The notes under the pieces were generated by a model that was not told the DNA's origin, searched no databases, and saw only the letters and a program-made list of their open reading frames with translations. The position numbers were made by a program, and so were the translations under genes. From Pseudomonadales bacterium (GTDB taxonomy: Bacteria > Pseudomonadota > Gammaproteobacteria > Pseudomonadales > IMCC2047), in NCBI GenBank assembly GCA_024234615.1, contig JACKNY010000001.1, positions 1,176,012 to 1,240,011 of the forward strand: a DNA stretch of 64,000 nt. The letters run 5' to 3'. Below, piece after piece: positions 35,986-45,460 of this stretch. Each line of letters opens with the position of its first letter. Position 1 is the stretch's first letter.

Positions 35986-36047
35986 AAAAAGCCAAACACA
36001 AACAGCGCCATAAGAGATTTTAGCGGCCGGGGCAGTTGAAGAGTCAT
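35889..36047 (-). other. Out-of-frame 52-codon ORF encoding a signal peptide directly upstream of, and overlapping, the barrel ORF (frameshift partner)
   Basis: AAGGAA-N7-ATG at 36047. The translation MTLQLPRPLKSLMALFVFGFLW... then runs into the barrel ORF in a different frame. One extra T in the T5 run (plus-strand A5 at 35986-35990) would fuse the two. Confidence 0.5.
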
Positions 36048-36333
36048 ATCAATTTCCTTTGCGATTAGTATTTTTATTTTGGAGGCACACCATTGACACC
36101 GTCATGTGCCGCTGTCAGGGCGCATCCTCTCATGGAAGATAGTGCTGATCAATATCGTGTGCCCAAAATTAATGTCAGGGGCAGCTGTTGTGGCCGTTAC
36201 AATACTTTTTCCGTCTCAACATAAACTTGAATCCACAGCACAAACCGATGTTTCCTGTCACGATAAAAATATAGAGGTTCCCTCGCTAGATAAAGAGGTA
36301 CTGGTTCTCGCATGAATCAACGATTTTGAAGTG

Positions 36334-36423
36334 ATGTGTGTCAGCTGTCATGGTGTGCCCGGTAGTAAGCTTGGTGCGCTTGCCCAAGGCCTGAACCCTT
36401 CCGCACTGCAAATATCGACGTAG
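36334..36423 (+). pseudogene. Short cytochrome c fragment (CxxCH haem-binding site only)
   Basis: MCVSCHGVPGSKLGALAQGLNPSALQIST* has an in-frame stop 7 codons upstream of the Met. It is far too short for a functional cytochrome. Confidence 0.45.
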
Positions 36424-36584
36424 CATTTAACACCCGCATGACGTACCAAAAGAAATGGCTGAAAAGCAAAATTTAATAGATGATCATAGTAGTCTTATTC
36501 ATTAGGGTATTAATCGGGGTTTCTTAAACGGTGGAAATGAAGGGTTCGAAAGCTGAGCCTATTCAGAAATCGAAGGAGTTGTTT

Positions 36585-38855
36585 ATGAGTACCAATAAAG
36601 TTGATGAGCTTTCGTCAGCCGGTTCTGCGAGTCAGGAGTTAATCATTGAGGGCGCGAGCTGCGGCAGCTGTGTCGGAAAAATAGAAGCTGCCTTAAATAA
36701 TGTGCCGGGCGTTGAAAAAGCCGAAATGAATTTTGCGCAGAGAACCGCCACCGTCAAAGGAGTAGTGAAACCAGAGGCTCTGATTCAAGCGGTGGAAAAA
36801 GCGGGCTATAACGCGAAAGTACAAGAGGATGGGTCAGAGCAGGATTCATTGGATGAAAAAGAACAGGCGGACTGGGTCTACTACAAACGCTTAATGCGCG
36901 ATATGACCATTGCTTTAGCCTTGGGTGTGCCTCTGATGGTCTATGGTGTCATTGTCGGCGAGATGACGGTGACCACCAATACAGAACGCATGGTTTGGTT
37001 GATCGTTGGGCTACTCACTCTTGGGGTGATGGTCTTTTCTGGTAAGCACTTTTATGTGGGTGCCTGGAAATCCCTGGCGAATCACAGCGCGAATATGGAT
37101 ACACTTATTGCCTTGGGCACCGGCACCGCCTGGCTTTATTCGATGGTAGTTGTGTTTTTCCCCTACGCCGTGCCAGAGATGGCGCGACATGTGTATTTCG
37201 AAGCGACCGCCATGATCATAGGGTTAATTAACCTGGGTCTTGCTTTGGAGGTAAAAGCGCGCGGCAGAACCTCAGAAGCGATTAAACGTTTGATCGGTTT
37301 GCAGGCAAAAACGGCGCGAGTCATTCGTGATGATAAAGAGATCGATATCCTGATCGAGCAAGTATTGTTGAATGACAAAGTACGTGTACGGCCCGGTGAA
37401 AGAATACCGGTTGATGGCGTGGTGCTTGACGGTCGTACCGCGGTGGATGAATCGATGTTAACCGGTGAGCCCATGGCGGTCGAAAAGAAACAGGATGATG
37501 AAGTAGTGAGTGGTACCATTAACAAAACTGGTTCAATCCTTTTTAAGGCCACGCGCGTGGGTAAAGATACAGCACTGGCGCAAATCATCGGCATGGTCAA
37601 ACGTGCGCAGAACTCGAAACCACCGATTGGCCGCTTGGCTGATGTCATTTCGGCTTATTTTGTCCCTGTTATCATGATCATCGCTGTGGTGAGTGCGCTA
37701 ACTTGGTTGAATTTTGGCCCTGATCCAGCAGTAGCCTTTGCCATTGTTTCCGCCACCTCCGTATTAATCATTGCTTGTCCCTGTGCTCTAGGGTTGGCAA
37801 CACCCATGTCGGTGATGGTTGGTGTGGGTAAGGCCGCTGAGGTGGGGGTGCTGATTCGTAATGGTGAAGCCTTGCAAACCTCCTCCAAAATCACCGCCAT
37901 GATATTGGATAAAACCGGCACTATTACTTTGGGGGCACCCAAAGTGACGAATATTCATCTTGCTCATGCTGAAAGCAAAGATGAAGTGCTACGCCTAGCG
38001 GCAAGTTTGGAAGCAGGTTCTGAACATCCCCTGGCGGTTGCTATTGTGGAATCGGCAAACGAACGCAACATGTCACTGGATAAAGTTGAAAAGTTCTCGG
38101 CGATTGCCGGTCATGGTGTAGAGGGTATTGTCGGTGAGCAGCAGTTGCTGTTCGGCAATGAAAAGCTGATGCGTGATAAAAATATCGACGTAGACGACTA
38201 CGTCGATGTTGTTCAAACCATGGCGGAAGAAGTCAAAACTCCCATGTATTTTGCCGTGGATGGGGACTTGGCGGCGATTATTGCCGTTGCCGATCCGATC
38301 AAGGAAGACTCTATTTCAGCGATTAAACGCTTGCAAAAAAATGGCATACGCGTGGTGATGCTGACCGGGGATAACCGCGCGACGGCAAAAGCGGTAGCGA
38401 AAAAAGTCGGGATCACCGAGTTCTTCGCCGAAGTATTACCCGAACAAAAAGCCGAAAAAGTCGCCGAGCTGCAAAGGCAAAATGAAATTGTCGGCATGAC
38501 CGGCGACGGTATTAACGATGCCCCGGCGCTGGCGTTGGCGAATGTTGGTTTTGCTATTGGTACGGGCACAGATGTTGCGATTGAGAGCGCCGATATCACC
38601 CTGATGCGCGGTTCACTGCATGGCTTAGCGGATGCGATCGCGGTCAGTAAGGCGACATTGCGCAATATTAAACAGAATCTGTTTGGTGCATTTATCTATA
38701 ACGTCGCTGGGGTGCCTTTTGCTGCCGGGGTTTTGTATCCGTTTTTTGGGTTACTACTCAGTCCAGTTATTGCCGGTGCGGCGATGGCCTTTTCATCGCT
38801 CACCGTGGTTAGTAATGCCAATCGATTGCGTTTCTTTAAAGCGCAGGAACATTAA
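36585..38855 (+). CDS. copA: Copper-translocating P1B-type ATPase
   Basis: N-terminal CxxC ([12 protein letters not shown]), TM CPC ([13 protein letters not shown]), DKTGTIT and [14 protein letters not shown] lies 6 nt before ATG 36585, and the track start 36531 is probably too far upstream. Confidence 0.93.
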   Translation: MSTNKVDELSSAGSASQELIIEGASCGSCVGKIEAALNNVPGVEKAEMNFAQRTATVKGVVKPEALIQAVEKAGYNAKVQEDGSEQDSLDEKEQADWVYYKRLMRDMTIALALGVPLMVYGVIVGEMTVTTNTERMVWLIVGLLTLGVMVFSGKHFYVGAWKSLANHSANMDTLIALGTGTAWLYSMVVVFFPYAVPEMARHVYFEATAMIIGLINLGLALEVKARGRTSEAIKRLIGLQAKTARVIRDDKEIDILIEQVLLNDKVRVRPGERIPVDGVVLDGRTAVDESMLTGEPMAVEKKQDDEVVSGTINKTGSILFKATRVGKDTALAQIIGMVKRAQNSKPPIGRLADVISAYFVPVIMIIAVVSALTWLNFGPDPAVAFAIVSATSVLIIACPCALGLATPMSVMVGVGKAAEVGVLIRNGEALQTSSKITAMILDKTGTITLGAPKVTNIHLAHAESKDEVLRLAASLEAGSEHPLAVAIVESANERNMSLDKVEKFSAIAGHGVEGIVGEQQLLFGNEKLMRDKNIDVDDYVDVVQTMAEEVKTPMYFAVDGDLAAIIAVADPIKEDSISAIKRLQKNGIRVVMLTGDNRATAKAVAKKVGITEFFAEVLPEQKAEKVAELQRQNEIVGMTGDGINDAPALALANVGFAIGTGTDVAIESADITLMRGSLHGLADAIAVSKATLRNIKQNLFGAFIYNVAGVPFAAGVLYPFFGLLLSPVIAGAAMAFSSLTVVSNANRLRFFKAQEH

Positions 38856-38866
38856 GGAGTCTCGAT

Positions 38867-39220
38867 ATGATCATTGTTAACATTGCTGGATTGTTACTGA
38901 TTGGGCTGATCATCTGGTGGTTTTGGCTGTACAAACCACGCGAAGTCAGTGTTAGTGAAGGCGTAATTACCGTGACGGTAGAGGACGGCACTTATCAGCC
39001 ATCGCGAATAAAACTTTCTGCTGGACAACCAGCCACTATCCGGTTTATACGCAAAGATGCATCGCCATGTGCAGGTACGGTACTATTTTCAGATTTTGGT
39101 ATCAGCGAAGAGCTACCTCTGAACCAATTTAAAACTATCGCCTTACCTGCAATGGAGAAAGGTGAATATGCCTTTAGCTGCCAGATGCAAATGTACCGTG
39201 GTAGTTTGTTGGTGGAGTAA
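38867..39220 (+). CDS. Membrane-anchored cupredoxin-like domain protein (the type found downstream of copA)
   Basis: N-terminal TM helix, then ITVTVEDGTYQPSRIKLSAGQPATIRF...CAGTV...YAFSCQMQMYRGSLLV. Confidence 0.65.
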   Translation: MIIVNIAGLLLIGLIIWWFWLYKPREVSVSEGVITVTVEDGTYQPSRIKLSAGQPATIRFIRKDASPCAGTVLFSDFGISEELPLNQFKTIALPAMEKGEYAFSCQMQMYRGSLLVE

Positions 39221-39455
39221 TTAACTTTTGGACGTTAAATATGTGTTCTGTTTGGGTCTATTTTATGAAGTAATCACGCAATCGTTGATTCATTAGATAT
39301 TTGTTCAGAGGTGAACAAACCAACACTTTAGGGTTATTTTCTCTCTACCCTAAATGCCAGTAAGCTTCCACAGGTATTCAGGGGATCTAGTTTCGCAAAG
39401 AGCAATGGTGGGTTGTCGGTAACAGGAACCCTTGCTGTGGTCTGTCGGATTAACT

Positions 39456-39474
39456 GATTATATTGATCATAAAT
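39456..39474. promoter_or_regulatory. Weak Fur-box-like site upstream of the TonB-dependent receptor
   Basis: GATTATATTGATCATAAAT matches the consensus GATAATGATAATCATTATC at 12 of 19 positions by my hand alignment. It ends 31 nt upstream of the start codon. Confidence 0.25.
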
Positions 39475-39505
39475 ACTATAAAAATTAATCCTTGAGGAGG
39501 TAGAG

Positions 39506-41776
39506 ATGACTATAAGAGCTAGCAAACTCACCAGTCGTTTCAGTGCAATTGCGCTTGCTATCACTAGTGGCGCAGTCCATTCAGAGGTGATCGAAGAGAT
39601 TATCGTTAGCGCACAGTATCGAGAGCAAACGCTACAAGAGGTACCGGTTTCCGTGTCAGCTTTTCGTGGCGATATGATGGAGAAGGCGGGGATTGATGAT
39701 GTCCGAGGCTTAGTCGATCTGACGCCTGGTTTTAACGGAAAAACGGAAGACAGCTTTATTGATGCGCTTTCCATTCGCGGTATTGTGACGAATGATTTCG
39801 GTATCGGCGGCGATCCGTCGGTGGCGATATTCACCGACGGCGTATGGGCCGGTCGTAATGGTGGCGTGCAGATGTCGTTTTACGATATGGAGCGAGCGGA
39901 AGTTGTCAAAGGCCCGCAAAGCACACTGTTTGGACGTAACGCCATCGCCGGGGGTATCAGTATTATCACGAAAAAGCCGATTGAGGAATTTGAGGGCAAG
40001 ATTAGCGCAAGCGTTGCCGAGTATGATGAATATGAGTTTACCGGCACCCTCAATATTCCGTTATCTGATCGTTGGTTTTTCCGTGGCAGCACCTATGTTA
40101 AAGACGCCGGCGGTTATCTGGGTAATGTCGCCGGAGGCGGTGATCTGGGGGGCGGGGAGATTACCTCGAGCCGATTTGCGCTGCGCTATGCGGGCGATGA
40201 AGTGGATGCCGTTTTTCGAGTCACTTACGAAGATCGTGAACAGGATCCCTCGGTATATTGGACCGGCCGTAACGGTTTGCCTAAAGATAAGGTGTCGATC
40301 GATTTGACCGACGGAAAGGGTTTTGACGAAAGCGAAATTTTCAGTGCCCAGGCCAATATCGAATGGACGCTCTCCGATAGCTACACACTGACCTCAATCA
40401 CGGGCTATAAATCATACGATTTCGATTATTTAGAGGATTATGACGCCACCTCTTTGTTCGTTAATAACTACGGCCAATCACAGGAAGTGGACTATTGGAG
40501 TCAAGAGTTGCGGTTGAATTTTGATCGAGGCGGTAAAATAACTGGTTTTGTTGGTGCCAGCTACTATCAAGAAGACATAGACGCCACCTTTGGAAATATT
40601 TATAGCGAAGATGGCCTTTGTATAGCCGTTATTGAAACAGATGATGTCGGTGGTGCGACGGGCTGTGATGATCCGATATTTGAGGCCTACTGGGAAGACG
40701 ATATTGATCCTGCTGATATCCTGGCATCTAAGTCGGAAACCAATATTGATAAGTTGGAAAATGAAGGCTGGGCGGTGTATGGGGATGTGACCTGGCAGGC
40801 AACTGAAAAGCTTGATGTTACTGTTGGTGGCAGGTACACGGTCGACAAAAAAGACATGTCTATTTCGGTGCCCGACAGTGGCGGCGCTTTGGGTAACACC
40901 TTTGTATTTGAATGGTTTACCGATGGCTTTGTGCAGGACGACGATGAGTGGAGTAAGTTTACGCCACGCGTTGCCGTCAACTATGAATTAAGCGATCAAG
41001 TGAGTCTGTACGCCAATATGGCTAAGGGCTATAAGTCAGGAGGCTATTCAACTTTTGGGATTGAAAATGATGGTTCCCAAGATTTTGGCGGGGTGTTGGC
41101 GCCAGGCAGCAAACCACTGGGGTTTGATCCGGAAGAAAGCACCAGCTATGAAATTGGTGCCAAAACCACTCTGCTGGAGGGTTCGATGCTGCTCAACATT
41201 GCTTACTATCGCTACGACTATAAGGACTTGCAGCTGGTTATTTTCGAAAGCGGCTCGCAGTTGGTTAAAAACTTGGGTGAAGCAGAAAGCCAAGGCATTG
41301 AAATGGATATGCATTGGACGCCGGGCGAAAACTGGGATATTCGTGCGGCCTGGGCATGGCAGGATAGTGAAATTACCGAAGAACTTGAGCCGGGTGACGG
41401 CACCAAGGGAAATGAACTACCTATGGCGCCTGAATTTAGTGGATCGGTAATAGCTACCTATTCCTATCCGATCGACACAGGCAGTCTATACTTAACCTTG
41501 CAGCACGTCTATCAAGATCAGGTATACGGTGGTCATGGCAATATCAAAACCGCGACAGTAGATAGCTGGCACGAAACAGCATTGCGTGTCGGATTTGATA
41601 GTAATAAAAACTGGTCAGTCGTGCTTTGGGTTGAGAATCTAACGGATGAGGTTTATTTTGAACGCGGTTGGGAGAATGCTGACGAGGACGATTTAAATGG
41701 TTTTGGCTTAGTCAATACGCTAGTCTGGCCGGCAAAACCACGCACGGTTGGTCTTACCTTTGATATGAGCTTTTAG
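39506..41776 (+). CDS. TonB-dependent outer-membrane receptor (756 aa)
   Basis: Signal peptide. Plug-domain motifs (EEIIVSAQYREQTLQEVPVSVSAF, VEVVKGPQSTLFGRNAIAGGISIITKKP). C-terminal terminus TVGLTFDMSF. Confidence 0.92.
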   Translation: MTIRASKLTSRFSAIALAITSGAVHSEVIEEIIVSAQYREQTLQEVPVSVSAFRGDMMEKAGIDDVRGLVDLTPGFNGKTEDSFIDALSIRGIVTNDFGIGGDPSVAIFTDGVWAGRNGGVQMSFYDMERAEVVKGPQSTLFGRNAIAGGISIITKKPIEEFEGKISASVAEYDEYEFTGTLNIPLSDRWFFRGSTYVKDAGGYLGNVAGGGDLGGGEITSSRFALRYAGDEVDAVFRVTYEDREQDPSVYWTGRNGLPKDKVSIDLTDGKGFDESEIFSAQANIEWTLSDSYTLTSITGYKSYDFDYLEDYDATSLFVNNYGQSQEVDYWSQELRLNFDRGGKITGFVGASYYQEDIDATFGNIYSEDGLCIAVIETDDVGGATGCDDPIFEAYWEDDIDPADILASKSETNIDKLENEGWAVYGDVTWQATEKLDVTVGGRYTVDKKDMSISVPDSGGALGNTFVFEWFTDGFVQDDDEWSKFTPRVAVNYELSDQVSLYANMAKGYKSGGYSTFGIENDGSQDFGGVLAPGSKPLGFDPEESTSYEIGAKTTLLEGSMLLNIAYYRYDYKDLQLVIFESGSQLVKNLGEAESQGIEMDMHWTPGENWDIRAAWAWQDSEITEELEPGDGTKGNELPMAPEFSGSVIATYSYPIDTGSLYLTLQHVYQDQVYGGHGNIKTATVDSWHETALRVGFDSNKNWSVVLWVENLTDEVYFERGWENADEDDLNGFGLVNTLVWPAKPRTVGLTFDMSF

Positions 41777-41789
41777 CAATACGCAGGTA

Positions 41790-41816
41790 AATTGAGCCAA
41801 CCTTGTTGGCTCAATT
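41790..41816 (+). terminator. Strong hairpin after the TonB-dependent receptor gene
   Basis: AATTGAGCCAA-CCTTG-TTGGCTCAATT forms an 11-bp perfect stem. The downstream U-tract is poor. Confidence 0.5.
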
Positions 41817-41844
41817 AAATTAGCCGTTGGGTAGAGTAAATTTG

Positions 41845-43194
41845 ATGAGCGAAGAATTAAAACAATTAAATGCCTTCCTGGAAGAATACCCGGATATTGA
41901 GTTATTTGAAGTCATACTGCCAGATTTAAATGGCAAACTCCGGGGCAAATGGCTGCCGAGAGCAAAAATTGAAACAGCTTTTGCTGGTGGTCTGAAATTA
42001 CCGTTAACAACCCTTGCATTTGATGTTTGGGGTAGGGATGTTGAAAGCTGGGTTTTCGATAATGGCGATGTTGATGGTATTTGTGAAGCCGACGCTAGAA
42101 CGCTGGCGCGAGTACCTTGGTTAGAGCGACCGACAGGGCAGGTGCTGCTTTCGCTGCATGATGTGTCCGGCGCGCCCTGCGAATATGATCCGCGATCAAT
42201 TGTAAAAAAACTGATGGCGCGGTTTCAGAAGCTGGATTTAACGCCTGTGCTTGCCAGTGAAATGGAGTTCTATCTATTCCAATCCGATAACGATGATGAA
42301 GGTCGCCCTCGGCATTCGCAGACTAATGCGAGTGGTCATGTCGCTTTGGGCGGACAAACCTATGGTCTTGATGTGATGCAGGATATGTCTGAGTTGATGC
42401 ACGGCGTGAGTGATGCCGGTGCGATACAGAATCTTCCCATCGATACGTTAATCGCCGAAGCCGCGCCTTCTCAATACGAAATTAACCTTTATCATCAGGC
42501 GGACGCCCTGCTGGCGGCTGATCAAGGCTTGCTATTGCAGCGCGCAATTAAAGGCGTTGCTCGAAAACTGGGTATGCGTGCGACCTTTATGGCGAAGCCC
42601 TACGGTGATCTGGCGGGCAACGGTATGCACATGCACTGTAGCTTGCTCGACCAGGATGGCAATAACGCTTTTAATAACGGGACTGATCAAGGTAGTGATT
42701 TGTTGCGACAAGCGATTGCCGGATGTTTGGCAAGCATGAAAGATTGTATGCTGCTGTTCGCGCCGCATTTAAATTCTTATCGACGTTTTCAGCGCGCCAG
42801 CCATGCCCCCTTAGCGCCAACCTGGGGCTATGACAACCGAACTGTTTCTATCAGAGTGCCTGCCGATAGCCATGAAGCGATGCGCATCGAACATCGGGTG
42901 GCAGGTGCTGATGCTAACCCCTATTTGGTCGTTGCAGCGATTCTGGCGGGCATATTATATGGTTTGGAAAACCAGTTGGAGGTTGTTCCTCCGATTGAGG
43001 GAGACGCCTATACGCAGTGTGAACCCAGTTTACCCCGGCATTGGTCAGATGCATTGGAGGCCTTTAAAAAATCAACCTTTATCAGAGAATATTTTGGTAC
43101 CGAGTTTCAGCGTGTTTTTACTGAAACCAAGCAACAGGAAATGGATGAGTTCGATAAGCACGTGACCGCTATGGAATATGAAGCCTACTTATGA
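41845..43194 (+). CDS. Glutamine-synthetase-family gamma-glutamyl-polyamine synthetase (PuuA/PauA-like), copy 1
   Basis: GS type-III-like catalytic region: EMEFYLF, GNGMHMHCSL, NSYRRF, WGYDNRTVSIRVP and RIEHRVAGADANPY. Confidence 0.8.
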   Translation: MSEELKQLNAFLEEYPDIELFEVILPDLNGKLRGKWLPRAKIETAFAGGLKLPLTTLAFDVWGRDVESWVFDNGDVDGICEADARTLARVPWLERPTGQVLLSLHDVSGAPCEYDPRSIVKKLMARFQKLDLTPVLASEMEFYLFQSDNDDEGRPRHSQTNASGHVALGGQTYGLDVMQDMSELMHGVSDAGAIQNLPIDTLIAEAAPSQYEINLYHQADALLAADQGLLLQRAIKGVARKLGMRATFMAKPYGDLAGNGMHMHCSLLDQDGNNAFNNGTDQGSDLLRQAIAGCLASMKDCMLLFAPHLNSYRRFQRASHAPLAPTWGYDNRTVSIRVPADSHEAMRIEHRVAGADANPYLVVAAILAGILYGLENQLEVVPPIEGDAYTQCEPSLPRHWSDALEAFKKSTFIREYFGTEFQRVFTETKQQEMDEFDKHVTAMEYEAYL

Positions 43195-43206
43195 CGCCCC
43201 TAAAGT

Positions 43207-43848
43207 TTAGCGGCTCTGTTCGTTAAGGTGACGGCTCAAAAAACAACAGGTGACGGTGTTTAGATCTTCTAAGGTACGTTTTGCACGAATGCCGTGCTGG
43301 GCAGAAACGACCAATAGGAGTGCATGGGTCATTTCAAGATAGGCGCGTGCGATTCTGGAAAGCTCGTTTTTAGATTGACGTAAACCTATACGAATAAAGA
43401 TGGATGACATACGTGAGATGACCAGTTCGTCATGCTGCTCATCCAAATCACGCAATTCGGGAACCGCAAACATCGCCTGCACCAGAGGTAAGATTCCTTT
43501 TTGTTCGCGGTAAACCACGATAAAGGTGTCGGTGAGCTTGGCGACAACACTCTCAAGGGTCATCTGTTCAAGTGCTAGCGCGTCGATGCTATCAAGCAAT
43601 CGCGTCCACTCCTTTAGCCAATTTTTCGCCAACGCACGCAGAATGGCGTGTTTGTTCGGAAAATAATGGTAAAGCGAGCCAACAGAAATTCCCAATTCTT
43701 TGGCGATTAGAATAGTGGTCAGGTCGTTAAAGCCAACTCGTTCCAATAGCTGCGCGGTGACCTCCATAATCTGCTGCGAGCGCAAAATAGAGCGGTCTTG
43801 GCGTGGCTTACGGCGCGGTTTTAGTTTTTCATCATTGGCTTGATTCAA
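43207..43848 (-). CDS. TetR-family transcriptional regulator
   Basis: N-terminal HTH TTILIAKELGISVGSLYHYFPNKHAIL. Confidence 0.85.
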   Translation of the reverse strand: MNQANDEKLKPRRKPRQDRSILRSQQIMEVTAQLLERVGFNDLTTILIAKELGISVGSLYHYFPNKHAILRALAKNWLKEWTRLLDSIDALALEQMTLESVVAKLTDTFIVVYREQKGILPLVQAMFAVPELRDLDEQHDELVISRMSSIFIRIGLRQSKNELSRIARAYLEMTHALLLVVSAQHGIRAKRTLEDLNTVTCCFLSRHLNEQSR

Positions 43849-43920
43849 TGGAAGCTTACCCGTCGTTGTAAAATTGGCGCTGGATTATAGTGTCAGCCAA
43901 AACGAATTCAAACCCTGTCG

Positions 43921-45342
43921 CTACAGCTTGTCTCGGAGCGAGTAGAACAGCATTCCGGCAACCAATGCTGGCCAGCGTAGCAGCGTGCCGCCGGGAAATC
44001 CGGGAACCGGCAAGCTGGCAAACAGATTTAAACGCTCTGGCTTGCCGCTAATAGCTTCGGCGATGAGTTTTCCGGCAAAACAGGCTGTGGCCACGCCATG
44101 GCCTGAATAACCTTGCGCAAAATAAATATTGGGTGAGAGCTGTCCGAAATGTGGCATTCGGTTCATGGTTATCGCGAGCGTCCCACCCCAGGCATAATCG
44201 ATTCGAACGTCTTCAAGTTGCGGATAGACGTGCAGCATATATTTGCGCACGAAAGATTTAAGGTCACTGGGGAATTTGCTCGAATAATTTTCGCCGCCGC
44301 CAAAAATAAGGCGCTTGTCAGCCGACAGCTTCCAATAATTAATCACAAATAACGAATCCTGAACGGCGACATCATCCCGGATCAGTGAGCGCGCGAGCTG
44401 CTCGGATAAGGGTTCTGTGGCGAGCACAAAATTATTAATTGGCATGATTTTAGTGGCTATCTTGGGCTCTAACTTATCGAGATAGCCATTACAGCCAAGC
44501 ACGAGATGTTTCGCGTTCACGCTGCCAGCGTTGGTATGTACCCTAACGCCTTGGCCAGTTTCGTAATGGGTCACGCGACTCTGTTGGTAGATTTTTACCC
44601 CGGCTTTGCGTGCTGCCGCTGCCACCCCTAAGGTAAAGTTGAGTGGGTGCAGGTGGAGTGAGCCCAGATCTAATTGACCGGCATGAAATTTTTTTGACCC
44701 GACCATGCTATCGACTTCGGCCTTTTCGACAAAACGTATTTTTTCGTAGCCGTAATGGTTGCGTAAGCGCTCTGACTCCAGCTTTAGATGCTCCACATCC
44801 CCAGCTTTTGCAGCGACATGTAAGATTCCCTCCTTGAGGTCACAGCCGATTTGGTGCTCATCAATCAAGTGCCTGACTAAATCCACCGCCTCCAATCCCA
44901 GATCCCAGAGTTGCTTGGATTTTTCTAAACCCAACTTTTTTTCCAAGGTCAACTGGCCCACGCGCTGACCCACACCGACGTGGCCACCGTTACGGCCGGA
45001 CGCCCCCCAGCCGACTTTTTCCGCTTCCAGTAAGATAACTTTTAAACCCTGTTCGGCTAAATGTAAGGCCGCAGATAACCCCGTATAACCGCCGCCAATG
45101 ACACATACGTCAGCGTTGTCCTGTCCAGCCAAGGCGGGCGAAGGCGCGAAGGGGATTGCTGTTGCCGCATAGTAGGAAGGCGTATAGCCAGTGACGCTGG
45201 TATTGGATAGGCTGTGTTGGGAATTGGTTGTTGTCAATGGCAAGTACCTAAAGAAATATGAGCTAATCAGAAGCTCCGTGAAATAAGCATTAAAAAACAA
45301 ACGCTTATCATGATTTATAACCGAATATATATTCGGGAACAA
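43921..45342 (-). CDS. FAD-dependent oxidoreductase (gamma-glutamylputrescine oxidase PuuB/PauB-like). The true start is probably downstream of 45342.
   Basis: Dinucleotide fold DVCVIGGGYTGLSAALHLAEQG. PuuB-like SYYAATA occurs near the N-terminus. The first ~45 codons of the ORF are AT-rich and unlikely to be coding. Confidence 0.75.
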   Translation of the reverse strand: MFPNIYSVINHDKRLFFNAYFTELLISSYFFRYLPLTTTNSQHSLSNTSVTGYTPSYYAATAIPFAPSPALAGQDNADVCVIGGGYTGLSAALHLAEQGLKVILLEAEKVGWGASGRNGGHVGVGQRVGQLTLEKKLGLEKSKQLWDLGLEAVDLVRHLIDEHQIGCDLKEGILHVAAKAGDVEHLKLESERLRNHYGYEKIRFVEKAEVDSMVGSKKFHAGQLDLGSLHLHPLNFTLGVAAAARKAGVKIYQQSRVTHYETGQGVRVHTNAGSVNAKHLVLGCNGYLDKLEPKIATKIMPINNFVLATEPLSEQLARSLIRDDVAVQDSLFVINYWKLSADKRLIFGGGENYSSKFPSDLKSFVRKYMLHVYPQLEDVRIDYAWGGTLAITMNRMPHFGQLSPNIYFAQGYSGHGVATACFAGKLIAEAISGKPERLNLFASLPVPGFPGGTLLRWPALVAGMLFYSLRDKL

Positions 45343-45460
45343 TTGAATGATAATTCGGTTTATGTTTTAATTCAAGTCTGTGGTAATTTCAGGAGATGCT
45401 GATGAATAAGATGTTAATTGGTTTAGCGTCACGGCATGAATAACAACTGGCAGGAACAAG

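Noticed and set aside
36106-36315. 69-aa ORF in the gap between the island and copA
   Set aside because: It has a GTG start without a convincing RBS and no recognisable motif. The region looks like non-coding junction DNA. I could not support it as a gene.
32515-36423. An intact integrative element or prophage at tRNA-Ser
   Set aside because: I found no integrase, excisionase or phage or conjugation genes, and no repeat of the tRNA 3' end on the far side. Only remnants are present.
36424-36584. CueR/MerR-type operator with a 19-bp-spaced promoter upstream of copA
   Set aside because: No CCTTCC-N-GGAAGG-like dyad was visible by eye. A matrix scan would be needed to be sure.
37163-38665. Antisense ORFs within copA (37163-37648, 37655-37942, 38213-38665)
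   Set aside because: These are typical shadow ORFs opposite a GC3-biased gene, and copA motifs are unambiguous on the plus strand.
39221-39505. Riboswitch (cobalamin or TPP) in the leader of the TonB-dependent receptor
   Set aside because: I could not find the B12-box (AGYCMGG.G.CCKGCC-like), the GCCACUG element or the TPP CUGAGA/ACCUGA elements. Only generic hairpins (39301-39318, 39327-39354) are present.
39334-39834. 166-aa minus-strand ORF overlapping the TBDR start
   Set aside because: It is antisense to the well-supported TonB-dependent receptor N-terminus and extends into the promoter region. It has no RBS and a Ser/Ile/Pro-rich sequence with no motifs.
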